64,000 nucleotides of DNA from Synechococcus sp. (GCA_047285805.1 JBJBCN010000003.1:544001-608000); one strand, 5' to 3'. Shown: positions 32,232-44,002, numbered from the stretch's first letter. Program-made: numbers and translations. The notes: generated from the letters alone by a model not told the origin.

Positions 32232-33221
32232 TTATTCGCCGATGCTGGCGACAGCGGCCCGCGCCTTCTGCAGCACGTTGGGGGGCAAGCTCACGTAGCC
32301 GAGGGCCGGGGCATTGGCTTGGGCGGCGTCGCTCAGGGTGTAGTTGAAAGCCTCCTGCAGACCCTTGAGCTTGTCGCCGTTACCGCTCTTGTAGAGCAGG
32401 ATCCAGGTGAAGGTCACGATCGGGTAGCCCGCCTTGGGATTGGGGTTGCTCCCGGTCAGGTTCGTGCCCAGATCGATGCTGCCCAGGGCTTTGGAGGCTT
32501 CTTTGGTGGTGGGCTTGGCGTACCTGCCACTGGCGTTCTGCAGGGCAGCCGCCTGCAGATCACCTCGCACATAGGAGCTTTCGACGTAGCCCAGGGCGCC
32601 CTTGATCTGCTGTAGGCCGGCGGCCATGCCTTCGTTGCCCTTGGCACCAAGGCCTGTGGGCCATTTGATTGATTTGCCGCTGCCAGGGCCGGCAGCCCAG
32701 GCGGGGCTGAAGGCCGAGAGGGACTTGGTGAAGTTGTAGGTCGTGCCCGAACCGTCGGAGCGGTAAACCACCTTGATGGCCTGATCGCTGCAGCCGACGT
32801 CGCTGTAGTTGGTGATCTTGCCCTCGAAGATGCTCACCAGCTGCTGCTGGCTGAGCTTCAGTTCACAGCCGGGGTTGTTGTAGGCCACGGCGATCGCACC
32901 GGCGGTCATAGGCACCTGTACAGCCCCGCGATTGACAGCGGCGGCATCCGCTTCGCTAAGGGGCTTGTCGCTGGCGGCGAAATCCACTGTCGCAGCCTCG
33001 AACTGGCGAATGCCAGCGCCGGAGCCCACCGATTGGTAGTTGACCTTGACGGAGCCCTTGGCGGCCAGGTCCTGGAACCAGCGCAGGTAGATGGGAGCCG
33101 GGAAGGTTGCGCCGGCCCCCTGGAGGCGCGCGCCGGAGATGTTGCCCCCGGAGCCGCCGCAGGCAGTCAAGGCAATGACTCCAAGGAGGCTGAGCGGTGC
33201 CAGGGTGCGGGAGCGCAGCAT
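32232..33221 (-). CDS. pstS: Phosphate ABC transporter substrate-binding lipoprotein
   Basis: Lipobox LTAC, GAGATFP, YQSVGSGAG, RSDGSGTT and YPIVTFTW. Confidence 0.95.
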   Translation of the reverse strand: MLRSRTLAPLSLLGVIALTACGGSGGNISGARLQGAGATFPAPIYLRWFQDLAAKGSVKVNYQSVGSGAGIRQFEAATVDFAASDKPLSEADAAAVNRGAVQVPMTAGAIAVAYNNPGCELKLSQQQLVSIFEGKITNYSDVGCSDQAIKVVYRSDGSGTTYNFTKSLSAFSPAWAAGPGSGKSIKWPTGLGAKGNEGMAAGLQQIKGALGYVESSYVRGDLQAAALQNASGRYAKPTTKEASKALGSIDLGTNLTGSNPNPKAGYPIVTFTWILLYKSGNGDKLKGLQEAFNYTLSDAAQANAPALGYVSLPPNVLQKARAAVASIGE

Positions 33222-33273
33222 CGTCGGCTGTGGTCGACAAGGGCCCTCAGGCTATATACACACCCATCCGCGG

Positions 33274-34326
33274 TCAGTCCTGGCCGGAGTTCTCGATCTG
33301 ATCGGCGACCCAGGTTGCGCTGGCAGGAGCCAGCAGCACCCCATTGCGGTAGTGCCCACTGGCCAGGAGGAGCCCCGGCTCCAGTTGCTCCAGCAGCGGG
33401 GCCGGCCGGCCGAGGGGGCGGGCCCTGAGGCCCTGCCACTGGCGTAGAACTGTGGCCCGCTTGAGCCATGGCGGCGCCTGGCCGTTGAGCTCCCGCAGGG
33501 CCTGCAGCTCCTGGGGCTGGCCCTGGCGTTGATCGATTTCCACGGTGGCCCCCAGCCATAGGCGGCCTCCGGGCCGAGGCACCAGGTTGATGCCGCTCCA
33601 GCTCAGGCTGCCCGGCCAGTTGCTGGGGCCCTGAGCCCCCTCGGCGAGTTGCAGCTCCAGGGCTTGGCCCAGCACGGGAAGTTGGGGGCGCTCATGGCCC
33701 AGGGGCTCCAACAGCGCTGAACTGCCCAGGCCGGCACAGAGCACCGCCCATTCAAAGTTCCCCGCGTCTTTGCTAACGCAGCGCACGCGCCAGCGGCCAG
33801 CGTCGCCCCGCTCCAGGCCGTCCACTCTTGAGGGGTTCAGCGCGAGCCCGAGGCGTTCCCCATCGGCGAGCAGGGCCCGCATGGCGGGAATGGGATCGAG
33901 TTGTCCGTCTTCGGGGGAGAGCAGTCCCCCCAGGCACGGTTGGGGAATCAGCGGCCTGAGCTGCTCCAGTTCAGTGGCCTCGAGCAAGCGCAGGTCTTCA
34001 CGCTGACCCGCCAGCTGGGCTTGGGCCTCCTGCTCGGGTGCGTTACTGGCCAGTTGCAGCAGACCCGGACGGAAGGGCAGGTCATGGCCCCGCTGCTGAA
34101 GGGTCTCGCGCCATTGGCGCCAGAGGGTGTGGGACTGCTGCCGCAGCTTCCAACCTCGGCCACGGCTGCGGCGAAAGACGCGGGTCATCAACAGGCCTAG
34201 GGCTGCGCTGCTGCCCGCGTTCTCGGTCTGTGCCTGCCGCAGTTGGGGGTCAAAGATCGTGACCTGGTGGCCAATCCGCTGCAGGTGCCAAGCCACAGAA
34301 AAGCCCACCACACCTGCTCCGATCAC
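33274..34326 (-). CDS. FAD-dependent oxidoreductase (glycine/D-amino acid oxidase family)
   Basis: IGAGVVG, GLRARP and GHYRNGVLLAP motifs; true start probably slightly upstream. Confidence 0.9.
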   Translation of the reverse strand: MIGAGVVGFSVAWHLQRIGHQVTIFDPQLRQAQTENAGSSAALGLLMTRVFRRSRGRGWKLRQQSHTLWRQWRETLQQRGHDLPFRPGLLQLASNAPEQEAQAQLAGQREDLRLLEATELEQLRPLIPQPCLGGLLSPEDGQLDPIPAMRALLADGERLGLALNPSRVDGLERGDAGRWRVRCVSKDAGNFEWAVLCAGLGSSALLEPLGHERPQLPVLGQALELQLAEGAQGPSNWPGSLSWSGINLVPRPGGRLWLGATVEIDQRQGQPQELQALRELNGQAPPWLKRATVLRQWQGLRARPLGRPAPLLEQLEPGLLLASGHYRNGVLLAPASATWVADQIENSGQD

Positions 34327-34370
34327 GCAGATCGAGGAGGGCCGGCGGGTGGGCAGGGGGTTCAGCGGAT

Positions 34371-34856
34371 TCAGATCTGCTTGAGGTCGGACTGAACTTG
34401 CTCAGGAAGGATCTGGGCATAACGGCCGAAACCGCTGGCGACCTTGATGTAGGACTTGCTCAGATTGTTGGCGTCCTGCAGACGGGCGGCTTCGTCGAGG
34501 TCGGCGAGGGCGGCCTTCAGATCAGTGGCCAGCTTGGTGGCCTCGGCGCGGTCGCCGGGCAGCAGGCGCTGGTTTATGTACAGCATCTCGCGGCCCACTT
34601 CCTGCATGGGGCCGTGGATCAGGTTGCGGGTGAAGACCCAGTTGCGCTCGTTCACCAGGGTGGCTAGCTCGGGCAGGCGGTTGCGGGCGGCGAGGAAGCC
34701 TTCGGCCTGGCGCTCGATCACGGTGATGTCGTCAGCACTCAAGGTGGGGGCCTTTGCCTTGGCTCCACCACAGGCGGTCAGGCCAAAGCTGATCACCAGA
34801 GCGAGAGCCGCCAGGGCCAGTCGCCGCAGGCCGGAATAGAGCTGTTGAGCCGCCAT
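34371..34856 (-). CDS. psbQ: Photosystem II lipoprotein PsbQ (CyanoQ)
   Basis: Lipobox LTAC and the NWVFTRNLIHGPM motif. Confidence 0.9.
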   Translation of the reverse strand: MAAQQLYSGLRRLALAALALVISFGLTACGGAKAKAPTLSADDITVIERQAEGFLAARNRLPELATLVNERNWVFTRNLIHGPMQEVGREMLYINQRLLPGDRAEATKLATDLKAALADLDEAARLQDANNLSKSYIKVASGFGRYAQILPEQVQSDLKQI

Positions 34857-34974
34857 CGTTGCTGAACTTGGTTGCGCGACTTTACCCAGGGCTACAGGTC
34901 TAGGAGCACTGCATAACGAGCTGCAACGGCTGGAACGGCAGAATTCAGAACTCGACGGGCTTTGACGCCATTTC

Positions 34975-35847
34975 ATGACGGCTGCCACCGCCATCCTTCA
35001 GATGATTTGCCCGGATCAGCCTGGGCTTGTGCGGGAGCTCTCCGGTTGGGTGGCGGGCAACGGCGGCAACATCGTCCACGCCGACCACCACAGCGACCAA
35101 GGGGCGGGCTTGTTCCTCAGTCGCATTGAGTGGCAGCTCGAGGGCTTCGGTCTGCCCCGGGAAGCGATTGCCCCGGCAGCGGCGTCCCTGGCGGAGCGCC
35201 TCGGCGGTGAACAGACGGTCACCTTTTCCGATCAGCGTCCGGCGGTGGCGATCTTCGTCAGCAAGCAGGACCACTGTTTGTTGGATCTGCTCTGGCGAGT
35301 GCGCACGGGCGAGTTGCCAATGCGGGTACCGCTGGTGGTCTCCAACCATCCGGATCTGGGTTCGATCGCCGAGGAGTTCGGCGCCCAGTTCGTTCATGTG
35401 CCGATCAGCAACGCCAACCGCGCCGAGGCGGAGGCCCGTCATCTCGAGTTGCTGGCGGAGAACGGCATCGAGTTGGTGATCCTGGCCAAGTACATGCAGG
35501 TCCTCACCCCTACCTTCCTAGCGGCCTTTGACCCCCGGGATGCGTTCCATCGGGTGATCAATATCCACCACTCCTTCCTGCCGGCCTTCATGGGGGCACA
35601 GCCCTATCACCGGGCCTGGGAGCGGGGCGTGAAATTGATCGGCGCCACCGGGCACTACGTTACCGCCGAGCTGGATGCGGGCCCGATCATTGCCCAGTCC
35701 ACCGTTAATGTGAGTCATCGCGATGAGGTTGAAGATCTCATTCGCAAAGGCCGCGACACCGAACGTCTGGCCTTGGCACGGGCGGTGCGCTTGCATCTGA
35801 AACGACAAGTGATGGTCTACCGCGGCCGTACGGCGGTGTTCGCATGA
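34975..35847 (+). CDS. purU: Formyltetrahydrofolate deformylase
   Basis: ACT-like CPDQPGLV, LAKYMQ, NIHHSFLPAF and GVKLIGAT motifs. Confidence 0.96.
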   Translation: MTAATAILQMICPDQPGLVRELSGWVAGNGGNIVHADHHSDQGAGLFLSRIEWQLEGFGLPREAIAPAAASLAERLGGEQTVTFSDQRPAVAIFVSKQDHCLLDLLWRVRTGELPMRVPLVVSNHPDLGSIAEEFGAQFVHVPISNANRAEAEARHLELLAENGIELVILAKYMQVLTPTFLAAFDPRDAFHRVINIHHSFLPAFMGAQPYHRAWERGVKLIGATGHYVTAELDAGPIIAQSTVNVSHRDEVEDLIRKGRDTERLALARAVRLHLKRQVMVYRGRTAVFA

Positions 35848-37136
35848 CCAAGCTCTGGCGCAGGCCGCTGCACGCCGGTTTGGAGTTGCTGGATCGGGAG
35901 CAGCCGGCGGCGGCGACCCCCTTGGGCTGGCGCTGTTTCCAGGTCGCCCTCCTGCTCCTGCCGGCCAGTGCCCTGTTGGCGGGACTGCTGCTGTTTGTGG
36001 CCTTGGTCCTGGGGAGCCGTCAGCCGACGGCTTGGCGGGACGACCTGGTCAATTGGTGGCTGGGGGGCATTGGCCTCTGGATGGTGCTGGGCTGCTTGAC
36101 GGCCTCCAGCGGTTGGCTGGCTTGGGTCGGTTTGGGCAATTGGCTGCCCTTTTTCTGGGCGTTTTGGGGGTTTCAGCCCTACCTGACGACGCCCGAGGCC
36201 CGGCGCAGGGTGGCCCTGTGGCTCGTGGCGGGAACCGTGCCGGTGCTGGGCACCGGCTTTGGTCAAATGGTGCTCGGCTGGAGCGGCCCTTACGAATTAC
36301 TGGGTGGGGCGATCGTCTGGTGGATCCGCGGCGGCGGCAATCCGCCCGGTCGGCTCTCGGGTCTGTTTGATTACGCAAATATCACGGCGGCTTGGCTGGC
36401 CTTGAGCTGGCCGCTGGTGCTGGCGGCCTTTCTGCAGCACTGCCGCCGCTGGCGCTCTGGCCCCGTGGCCTTTGGGCTCTGGGGCATCAGCTTTGCCCTG
36501 GTGGTGACCCAGGTGGCGGAGATGCTGGCCACCGACTCCCGCAATGGCTGGGGCGCCCTGGTCTTGGCGGTCCCGATCGTGCTTGGCCCGGGCCGCTGGA
36601 TTTGGCTGGTGCCCCTGATCCTGCTGGCACTGCTTCCCGTCGCCTTGGCCACCTTGCCGGGGGTGCCCTCGGTGATTCAGGCGCCCCTGAGGGAGATCGT
36701 CCCCCAGTCGATTTGGGGCCGCTTGAACGATTTCAACTCCCATGGGGAGCGGCCCTTGGCCCTCACCCGCCTCAGTCAGTGGGGCACGGCCGTGGGGCTT
36801 GTCGGTGAGCGCCCTTGGCTGGGTTGGGGGGCGGCGGCCTTCAGCGTGATCTATCCCCTGCGTACGGGCCATTGGCATGGCCACCCCCACAACATCGCCT
36901 TGGACCTGGCATTGAGCCATGGCCTGCTGGTGGCTGTTGGCCTGGTGGGCTTGGTGCTCTGGCTCTTGATCCGCGGCGTGAGGCTCGGGATGGCCAGTGG
37001 CGCACTGTTTGAGCGGGCCTGGTGGGCCGCAGCCCTTCTGCTTGTGGTTCTGCACGCCACAGACATTCCGATGTACGACAGCCGACTGAACATCGCCGGT
37101 TGGATTCTCTTGGCGGGCTTGCGCTGCCGCCGTTAG
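35844..37136 (+). CDS. O-antigen ligase family membrane protein
   Basis: Multiple TM helices; RLSGLFDYAN, SRNGW, RPWLGWG and HPHN motifs. Confidence 0.85.
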   Translation: MTKLWRRPLHAGLELLDREQPAAATPLGWRCFQVALLLLPASALLAGLLLFVALVLGSRQPTAWRDDLVNWWLGGIGLWMVLGCLTASSGWLAWVGLGNWLPFFWAFWGFQPYLTTPEARRRVALWLVAGTVPVLGTGFGQMVLGWSGPYELLGGAIVWWIRGGGNPPGRLSGLFDYANITAAWLALSWPLVLAAFLQHCRRWRSGPVAFGLWGISFALVVTQVAEMLATDSRNGWGALVLAVPIVLGPGRWIWLVPLILLALLPVALATLPGVPSVIQAPLREIVPQSIWGRLNDFNSHGERPLALTRLSQWGTAVGLVGERPWLGWGAAAFSVIYPLRTGHWHGHPHNIALDLALSHGLLVAVGLVGLVLWLLIRGVRLGMASGALFERAWWAAALLLVVLHATDIPMYDSRLNIAGWILLAGLRCRR

Positions 37137-38719
37137 GTCAAGGCTTCGTCGTGGTGCTTCAGCAGAGTGGCCTTGGGCAGCGGACCCTTCAGGTGCTCCC
37201 AGGGCAGGATCCGATCCGCCTCCCAACCACAGTGGATCACGTCCTCCCAGGGGGGGAGGGGCGTCTCGGCTTCGCGGTAGGCCTGCTTCCAGCCGCCGAG
37301 TTTTTCGTGGCGGCCGCGCACAGCGGCGATCACCGGGGCCAGGCGCCGGTCGCTGCGCGAGAGCAGCGCCTGAATCACGCTCCAGCCGTAGCTCTCGGGG
37401 CGTAGGTCGATGCCCTTGGGCTTGAGCCGCTTGGCCAGCAGCTTCAGCCGTTTCTCGGCTTCCGGGCGGACGCCCTGCCATTGGAAGGGGGTGTGGGCCT
37501 TGGGCACAAAGGTGCTGACCCCCAGGGACAGGCGCAGGCCTGGGGTGGCTTTTTTGAGCTGGAGTAAGAGGTCGGCGGTCGCCTCGATGTCCTCCTCGCT
37601 TTCCGAGGGCAGGCCGGCCATGCCGTATAGCTTCAGGCCGCTGAGACCACCTTCTTTGGCGTAGCGGGCCGCGGCATAGATCTCCTCGGTGGCCAGCTTT
37701 TTGTTGACTACCTCGCGCATGCGCTCGCTGCCGCTTTCGATGGCGATTGTCAGGGACTTGCTGCCGCGTTTCGCCAGGATGCGCCCGAGCTCGGGGGTGA
37801 CGGTGGCGGCCCGCACCGAGCTGACGCTGACTCGGGTGTCCTCAAAGCGGTCCTGATCGAGCCAATGCAGCAGGTCGCTGAATTGGGGGTGCTGGGTGAC
37901 GGATGCCCCCAATAAGCCCAAGCGTTCGGTGGCCCCCAGGCCCTTCTCCACGGCCGGGATCAGCCCGTCATCGAGGCTAGGGGTTCGGAAGGGCAGGGTG
38001 AGGTAGCTGGCCAGGCAGAAGCGGCAGAGCTCCGGGCAGCTGCGCACCACCTCGACCATGTGAATGGAGGGCCAGGCCGCCTCCGGGGTGATCACCGTGG
38101 AGTGGCTCAGAGTGTTGCCGCGCCAGGTCTGCTTCTCAATGGTTTCGGGAATGCCGGCCTCGATTGGTTCGATCGCCAGCAGGTCGCCGCCCTCGCCGTA
38201 GCGGGGGGCGTAGAGCGACGGGATATAGATACCGGGCACCGCCGCCAGGCGCTGCAGGCGTTCGTGGCGCGGCGCGGTTTTGCACTCCTGCAGGGCATCG
38301 ATAAACGCCGGCAGCAGCAGTTCGCCATCGCCGAGCAGCACCGCATCAAAGAAGGGGGCTAGGGGCTCGGGGTTGGCAGTCAGTACCGGCCCCCCGCCGA
38401 AGACGATGGGATCGTTGTCGTCGCGCTCGCTCGCCCAGATCGGGATGCGCTGTTTCTCCAGCAGATCCAGCAGCACCGGCCCGTCGAGTTCCCAACTCAG
38501 GGACAGGCCAAAGAGGTCGCAGTGGCGGTGCTGCGGATCGCCCTGGTCGGTGAACAGCCGCCGCACGTCCACATCGGCGCGCTGGGCCAAGGTCGCCCAG
38601 ACCACCTGATAGCCGAGGCTCGTGATCCCCACGGTGTAGGTGCTGGGGAAGGCCAAGACCGCCCGAAGGGCACCGTGCTGCGCAGCAGCTGGCTCAAACA
38701 GCAGGGTTTCTTGGTTCAA
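37133..38719 (-). CDS. Radical SAM protein
   Basis: CPELCRFC (CxxxCxxC), GGGPVLTANPEP and FVPKAHTPFQ motifs. Confidence 0.9.
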   Translation of the reverse strand: MNQETLLFEPAAAQHGALRAVLAFPSTYTVGITSLGYQVVWATLAQRADVDVRRLFTDQGDPQHRHCDLFGLSLSWELDGPVLLDLLEKQRIPIWASERDDNDPIVFGGGPVLTANPEPLAPFFDAVLLGDGELLLPAFIDALQECKTAPRHERLQRLAAVPGIYIPSLYAPRYGEGGDLLAIEPIEAGIPETIEKQTWRGNTLSHSTVITPEAAWPSIHMVEVVRSCPELCRFCLASYLTLPFRTPSLDDGLIPAVEKGLGATERLGLLGASVTQHPQFSDLLHWLDQDRFEDTRVSVSSVRAATVTPELGRILAKRGSKSLTIAIESGSERMREVVNKKLATEEIYAAARYAKEGGLSGLKLYGMAGLPSESEEDIEATADLLLQLKKATPGLRLSLGVSTFVPKAHTPFQWQGVRPEAEKRLKLLAKRLKPKGIDLRPESYGWSVIQALLSRSDRRLAPVIAAVRGRHEKLGGWKQAYREAETPLPPWEDVIHCGWEADRILPWEHLKGPLPKATLLKHHDEALT

Positions 38720-40125
38720 AGATCCCTGGGGCTGAGCGGTGTGCCCGGCAATTTCATCTCCCCTTGGGTGTTCGTCGCACTGCTCTGCAGGGCAAGCTGC
38801 CGCTGGTAGATCGAGTGCTCGTGGGTGATCCGCGAGATCACGAAGCTGACCACCGCGCAGACAAACAGCGGCTTGAGGATCAGCAGGTCCTTGGTCAGGG
38901 CAAAAACTAGGAAAACCGCCGTGATCGGTGTGCGGGAGCAGGCCGCGATGAAGGCCGCCATCCCCGCAAAGACGTAGGTGCTGGGGGCATGGCCGGAGAG
39001 ATGTTCGGCGATGCCCGCGGCGGTGAGCCCCAGGGCCCCGCCCAGGGTCAGCATCGGCGCAAAAAGGCCCCCCGGCGCTCCAGTGGCGGCGGCTAGGCCC
39101 GTGGCAAAAAACAGCAGCGTGAAGATTCCCACGGCTTTGCTGAGTTCCACGTGGCCGTCCACAATGGCGTGCTGAAGAGCTGCGTTGTTGCGGAAATCAG
39201 ACGGAAGGGCGGCATAGAGGCAGCCCAAGGCGATGCCCCCCAGCAACATCCGCACCACGATCTTCCCGGAGAAGAAGCGTTGGCCAAGGGATTGCATCCG
39301 GACCACATAGCGGGTGTACAGCTCGGCGAGCAGCCCCACCACGATTCCCAAGACGACCAAATAGATCAGGTCCTTGGGTAGGAACTGAATATCCATTTGG
39401 TACTCGCTGCTGACCTGGAACCCCCGTTGGCCCAGGCCAGCGCTTTGCTGGCCGAAGCCAGCCAGACCCATCACATCGGCCCAGAAGCTGCCGGCGAAGG
39501 CCGTGCCAAGCACCAGCAACAGCAGGATGGGACCGGATTTCCGCAGCAGCTCTTCAATCGCGTAGAAGAAGCCCCCCAGGGGTGCGTGGAAGACCGCTGC
39601 AATGCCCGCGCCGCCGCCGGCCGCCACGATCACCCGCAGCAAAGAGGGGGGCGCCTTGAACCAGCGGGCCATCTGCCAGCCCACGGAACTGCCCATCTGA
39701 ACGGCAGGACCTTCCGGGCCGAGCGGGAAGCCACTGCCGATGGCCAGGATCCCGGCCAGCAGTTTGATGATGGCCACCTGCAGGTTCATCGGCAGGCTCT
39801 GGCGCGAGAGGAAACGCATCACCTGCGGGATTCCCGAGCCGGCTGCCGTCGGTGCCAGGGTGCTGATCAGCACGGCCGAGAGCAGGCCGCCGAGTCCCCC
39901 CATGAAAGGCAGCACCAGCCAGGGGCTGGCTGTCTCGAGCAGGCCCAGGCGCCAGCTGCTTAGCCAGCCCACTCCGGTCTTGAACAGCAGGCCCGCCGCA
40001 GCGGCCCCGAGGCCGGTGACTATGAGGGTGAGAACGACCGACGGCCAGCGCTGCTGGACCATCCGCTCGAGGTTGCGGCTGGTCCTCCAGGACTGCAGTT
40101 CCAGCTTCAGGCCGTGGGTCTGCAC
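38716..40125 (-). CDS. ClC family H+/Cl- transporter or chloride channel
   Basis: GSGIP, GPEGP and GGLFAP signature motifs. Confidence 0.92.
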   Translation of the reverse strand: MQTHGLKLELQSWRTSRNLERMVQQRWPSVVLTLIVTGLGAAAAGLLFKTGVGWLSSWRLGLLETASPWLVLPFMGGLGGLLSAVLISTLAPTAAGSGIPQVMRFLSRQSLPMNLQVAIIKLLAGILAIGSGFPLGPEGPAVQMGSSVGWQMARWFKAPPSLLRVIVAAGGGAGIAAVFHAPLGGFFYAIEELLRKSGPILLLLVLGTAFAGSFWADVMGLAGFGQQSAGLGQRGFQVSSEYQMDIQFLPKDLIYLVVLGIVVGLLAELYTRYVVRMQSLGQRFFSGKIVVRMLLGGIALGCLYAALPSDFRNNAALQHAIVDGHVELSKAVGIFTLLFFATGLAAATGAPGGLFAPMLTLGGALGLTAAGIAEHLSGHAPSTYVFAGMAAFIAACSRTPITAVFLVFALTKDLLILKPLFVCAVVSFVISRITHEHSIYQRQLALQSSATNTQGEMKLPGTPLSPRDL

Positions 40126-40130
40126 GACGC

Positions 40131-42746
40131 TTAGACCCCTGCCAGCACTTTCGCCTCGTCGTCGCTACTGACCACGCGACCGCTGTCCTCAAAGCCTTCG
40201 ATCTGATCGAAGTTCAGGTAGCGGTAGAGCTCAGCGCCCTTGGGATCGATCTTGTCCGCGGCGATGGCCAGGTACTGCTCCTTGGTCGGGAGCCGGCCCA
40301 GCTGGGCGCAGACCGCCGCCAGCTCCGCGCTGCCGAGATACACCTGAGCGCCGTTGCCGAGGCGGTTGTTGAAGTTGCGGGTGCTCGTCGAGAACACCGC
40401 CGTGTTGTCCTCGACGCGGGCCTGGTTGCCCATGCATAGGGAGCAGCCGGGCATCTCCATGCGGGAGCCGGCCTTCTCGAAGATCCCGTAGTAGCCCTCC
40501 TGCTTCAGCACCTCCTCGTCCATCCGGGTGGGTGGGCAGACCCAGAGGCGGGCCGTGTTCTCCCCTTGGCCCTCCAGAACGGTGGCGGCGGCGCGGTAGT
40601 GGCCGATGTTGGTCATGCAGGAACCGATGAACACCTCATCGATCTGTCCCCCGGCCACATCGGAGAGGGTTTTGACGTTGTCGGGGTCGTTTGGGCAAGC
40701 CAGGATCGGTTCGGTGATCTCAGCGAGGTTGATCTCGATCACCGCGGCGTACTCCGCGTCGGCGTCGGCCTCCATCAGGACGGGATTGGCCAGCCATTCC
40801 TCCATGGCCTTGATCCGGCGGGCCAGGGTGCGGGCATCGCTATAGCCCCGAGCAATCATGTTTTTCAGTAGCGCTACGTTGCTGCGCAGATACTCGCTGA
40901 CGGTCTCCACCGAGAGCTTGATTGTGCTGCCGGCGCAGGAACGCTCGGCCGTGGCGTCGGTCAGCTCGAAGGCTTGCTCCAGCTTCAGATCGGGCAGGCC
41001 CTCGATCTCCATGATCCGGCCGCTGAAGATGTTCTTCTTGCCGGCCTTCTCCACGGTGAGCAGCCCCTGCTGGATGGCCACGTAGGGGATGGCATTGACC
41101 ACATCCCGCAGGGTGACGCCTGGTTGCAGGGCGCCGGAGAACTTCACGAGCACTGACTCGGGCATGTCCAGAGGCATGGCGCCGATTGCGGCAGCGAAGG
41201 CCACCAGGCCGGAGCCGGCGGGGAAGGAAATGCCGAGGGGGAAGCGGGTGTGGCTGTCACCGCCGGTGCCCACGGTGTCGGGCAGCAGCATCCGGTTCAG
41301 CCAGCTGTGGATGATGCCGTCGCCGGGGCGCAGGGCCACGCCACCGCGGGAGCTGATGAAGTCGGGCAGCTCGGCGTGGGTCTTCAGGTCCACCGGCTTG
41401 GGGTAGGCCGCGGTGTGGCAGAAGCTCTGCATCACCAGATCCGCGGAGAAGCCCAGGCAGGCCAGCTCCTTCATCTCGTCGCGGGTCATCGGCCCGGTAG
41501 TGTCCTGGGAGCCGACGGTGGTCATCAGAGGCTCGCAGCTGGTGCCCGGGCGCACTCCCTTCAGGCCGCAGGCCTTGCCGACCATCTTTTGGGCCAAGGT
41601 GAAGCCCTTACCGCTGTCCGCAGGGGCGCTGGGGCGGATGAACAGGTCGCTGGCGGGCAGGCCCAGTTGGACCCGCACCTTGTCGGTCAGGGCGCGGCCT
41701 ATCATCAGGGGGATGCGGCCGCCGGCACGTACCTCATCGGTGATCGTGCTGGGCTTGAGCTCAAAGCGAGCCACCACTTCGCCAGCATCGGCTTCACCGG
41801 CGGCCCGTTCGATCGTCCCGGCGTAGGGGCGGATTGTGATGACATCGCCTGAGTTGAGGGCGGTCACATCGCACTCGATCGGCAGGGCGCCGGAATCCTC
41901 CGCGGTGTTGAAGAAGATCGGGGCGATCTTGCCGCCGAGCACCACGCCACCGCTGCGCTTGTTGGGCACGTGGGGAATGTCGGTGCCGGTGTGCCAGAGC
42001 ACCGAGTTGATGGCGGATTTGCGGGAGCTGCCGGTGCCTACCACGTCGCCCACGTAGGCCACCGGATGGCCCTTCTGCTTGAGTTCAGCGATCAGGTCCA
42101 GACCACCGGGCATCCGGGTCTCGAGCATCGCCGTGGCGTGCAGCGGGATGTCCGGGCGGGTGGTGGCGTGTGTCGCGGGGGAAAGGTCGTCAGTGTTGGT
42201 CTCGCCTTCCACCTTGAAGACCGTGACCGTGATCTTGGCGGGCAGCTCGGGCTTGGCCGTGAACCATTCGGCATTGGCCCAGCTGTCGATCACCCGCTTG
42301 GCTTGGGCATTGCTGGAGGCCAACTCGAGGACGTCGTTGTACGCGTCGTAGACGAGCAGGGTGCGGCTGAGGCCCGTTGCGGCAGCTTCGGCGATGGCGG
42401 CGTCCCCATGGGAGAGCAGCTCGATCAGGGCGCCGACGTTGTAACCGCCGATCATCGTGGCCAGCAGCTGGACCGCCTCCACGGGCTGGACCAGGGGGCT
42501 GCTTGTTTTGCCCTGGGCCACGGCACTAAGCCAGTCGGCTTTGACATAGGCCGCCTCATCCACCCCCGGGGGGATGCGCTCGGAGAAGAGATGCAGCAAA
42601 AACTGCTCTTCACCGGCGGGAGGTGCCTGGAGCAGTTCAGTCAGGGACTGGGTATCGGCGGCTGTCAGCGGCAGGGCGGGGACTCCTTGGGCTTCTCGCT
42701 CCGCAGCGGCTGCGCGGTAGTCGGCAAGGAAGCTGCTGGCAGACAT
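40131..42746 (-). CDS. acnB: Aconitate hydratase B
   Basis: [34 protein letters not shown] and GCSLCMGNQ motifs. Confidence 0.98.
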   Translation of the reverse strand: MSASSFLADYRAAAAEREAQGVPALPLTAADTQSLTELLQAPPAGEEQFLLHLFSERIPPGVDEAAYVKADWLSAVAQGKTSSPLVQPVEAVQLLATMIGGYNVGALIELLSHGDAAIAEAAATGLSRTLLVYDAYNDVLELASSNAQAKRVIDSWANAEWFTAKPELPAKITVTVFKVEGETNTDDLSPATHATTRPDIPLHATAMLETRMPGGLDLIAELKQKGHPVAYVGDVVGTGSSRKSAINSVLWHTGTDIPHVPNKRSGGVVLGGKIAPIFFNTAEDSGALPIECDVTALNSGDVITIRPYAGTIERAAGEADAGEVVARFELKPSTITDEVRAGGRIPLMIGRALTDKVRVQLGLPASDLFIRPSAPADSGKGFTLAQKMVGKACGLKGVRPGTSCEPLMTTVGSQDTTGPMTRDEMKELACLGFSADLVMQSFCHTAAYPKPVDLKTHAELPDFISSRGGVALRPGDGIIHSWLNRMLLPDTVGTGGDSHTRFPLGISFPAGSGLVAFAAAIGAMPLDMPESVLVKFSGALQPGVTLRDVVNAIPYVAIQQGLLTVEKAGKKNIFSGRIMEIEGLPDLKLEQAFELTDATAERSCAGSTIKLSVETVSEYLRSNVALLKNMIARGYSDARTLARRIKAMEEWLANPVLMEADADAEYAAVIEINLAEITEPILACPNDPDNVKTLSDVAGGQIDEVFIGSCMTNIGHYRAAATVLEGQGENTARLWVCPPTRMDEEVLKQEGYYGIFEKAGSRMEMPGCSLCMGNQARVEDNTAVFSTSTRNFNNRLGNGAQVYLGSAELAAVCAQLGRLPTKEQYLAIAADKIDPKGAELYRYLNFDQIEGFEDSGRVVSSDDEAKVLAGV

Positions 42747-42883
42747 CGGCGCTGGAACCCGGGGGGCTCTCGATCGGTGGACGTCTGACCATTCTTCTTT
42801 GCCGCCGGTCCCCCCCGTTGTGACGAACGATGCGACTGGGCTTTTAGGGTGGGTTGTTCCGAGCCCCTTGGATGGTTGCCGGC

Positions 42884-43957
42884 ATGATTCCCACCTCTGA
42901 TCTCCACGTGGTGGAAACCCGGCCCCTGGTGGCACCCACCCTCTTGCATGGCGAGCTGCCCCTTAGTGAGGCCGCAGGTCGCACCGTGCGCGAGGCCCGC
43001 GAGCGGATCAAGTCCATCCTGCGGGGTGATGATCAGCGCTTGCTGGTGATCGTTGGACCCTGTTCGGTTCATGACGTGGATGCCGCGAATGAATACGCCA
43101 GCGCCATTGCCGAAGAGCACAAACGCCACCGCGATCAACTCGAGGTGGTGATGCGGGTCTATTTCGAGAAACCCCGCACCACGGTTGGTTGGAAAGGGTT
43201 GATCAATGACCCCCACCTCGACGGCAGCTACGACATCAACACTGGTCTGCGTCTCGCCCGCGGTTTGCTGCTGCACCTGGCGGACATGGGCCTGCCAGCG
43301 GCCACCGAGCTGCTGGATCCGGTCGTCCCCCAATACATCGCGGATCTGATCAGCTGGACCGCGATCGGCGCCCGCACCACCGAGAGCCAGACCCACCGGG
43401 AAATGGCCTCCGGGTTGTCGATGCCGATCGGCTTCAAGAACGGCACCGATGGCAGTGCGATCACGGCCATCAACGCCATGGAGGCGGCCGCACGCCCCCA
43501 CCATTTCCTGGGAATTAACAAGGATGGCCAGGCCGCCATCGTCACCACGACCGGGAACCCCGATGGTCACCTGGTGCTGCGGGGCGGCAAGCAGGGCACC
43601 AACTACCACCGCGAGGCGATCGAAGAAGCCTCCGCCGCTCTGGTCAAAGACGGCCTGCCGGCGCGGGTGATGGTCGACTGCAGCCACGGCAACTCCAACA
43701 AGGACTACCGCCGTCAAGGTCACGTCGCGGCTCAGGTCGCCGATCAATTGCGGGCGGGTTCCCGGGATGTCATGGGCGTGATGCTCGAGAGCCACTTGGT
43801 GGCTGGTAATCAAAAGATCAGCCCCGATCGCGCTAACTTGACCTACGGCCAGAGCATCACTGACGCCTGCATCGACCTGGATGCGACCCGCGAAGTGTTG
43901 GCTGGCTTGGCTGATGCAGTTGTTGCGGCGCAGAGCGCTTCTGCAGTAGTGGTTTAG
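42884..43957 (+). CDS. aroG: 3-deoxy-7-phosphoheptulonate (DAHP) synthase, class I-alpha
   Basis: [38 protein letters not shown] and YGQSITDAC motifs. Confidence 0.95.
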   Translation: MIPTSDLHVVETRPLVAPTLLHGELPLSEAAGRTVREARERIKSILRGDDQRLLVIVGPCSVHDVDAANEYASAIAEEHKRHRDQLEVVMRVYFEKPRTTVGWKGLINDPHLDGSYDINTGLRLARGLLLHLADMGLPAATELLDPVVPQYIADLISWTAIGARTTESQTHREMASGLSMPIGFKNGTDGSAITAINAMEAAARPHHFLGINKDGQAAIVTTTGNPDGHLVLRGGKQGTNYHREAIEEASAALVKDGLPARVMVDCSHGNSNKDYRRQGHVAAQVADQLRAGSRDVMGVMLESHLVAGNQKISPDRANLTYGQSITDACIDLDATREVLAGLADAVVAAQSASAVVV

Positions 43958-43975
43958 AGCTGGACATTCATTGCA

Positions 43976-44002
43976 TTAGCACTCGAAGATCGCGAGTGCT
44001 AA
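43976..44002. promoter_or_regulatory. CIRCE element (HrcA operator)
   Basis: Exact TTAGCACTC-N9(GAAGATCGC)-GAGTGCTAA consensus. Confidence 0.92.

Noticed and set aside
33222..33273. Pho box upstream of pstS
   Set aside because: No tandem PyTTAAPyPy-type repeats are visible in the short intergenic gap.
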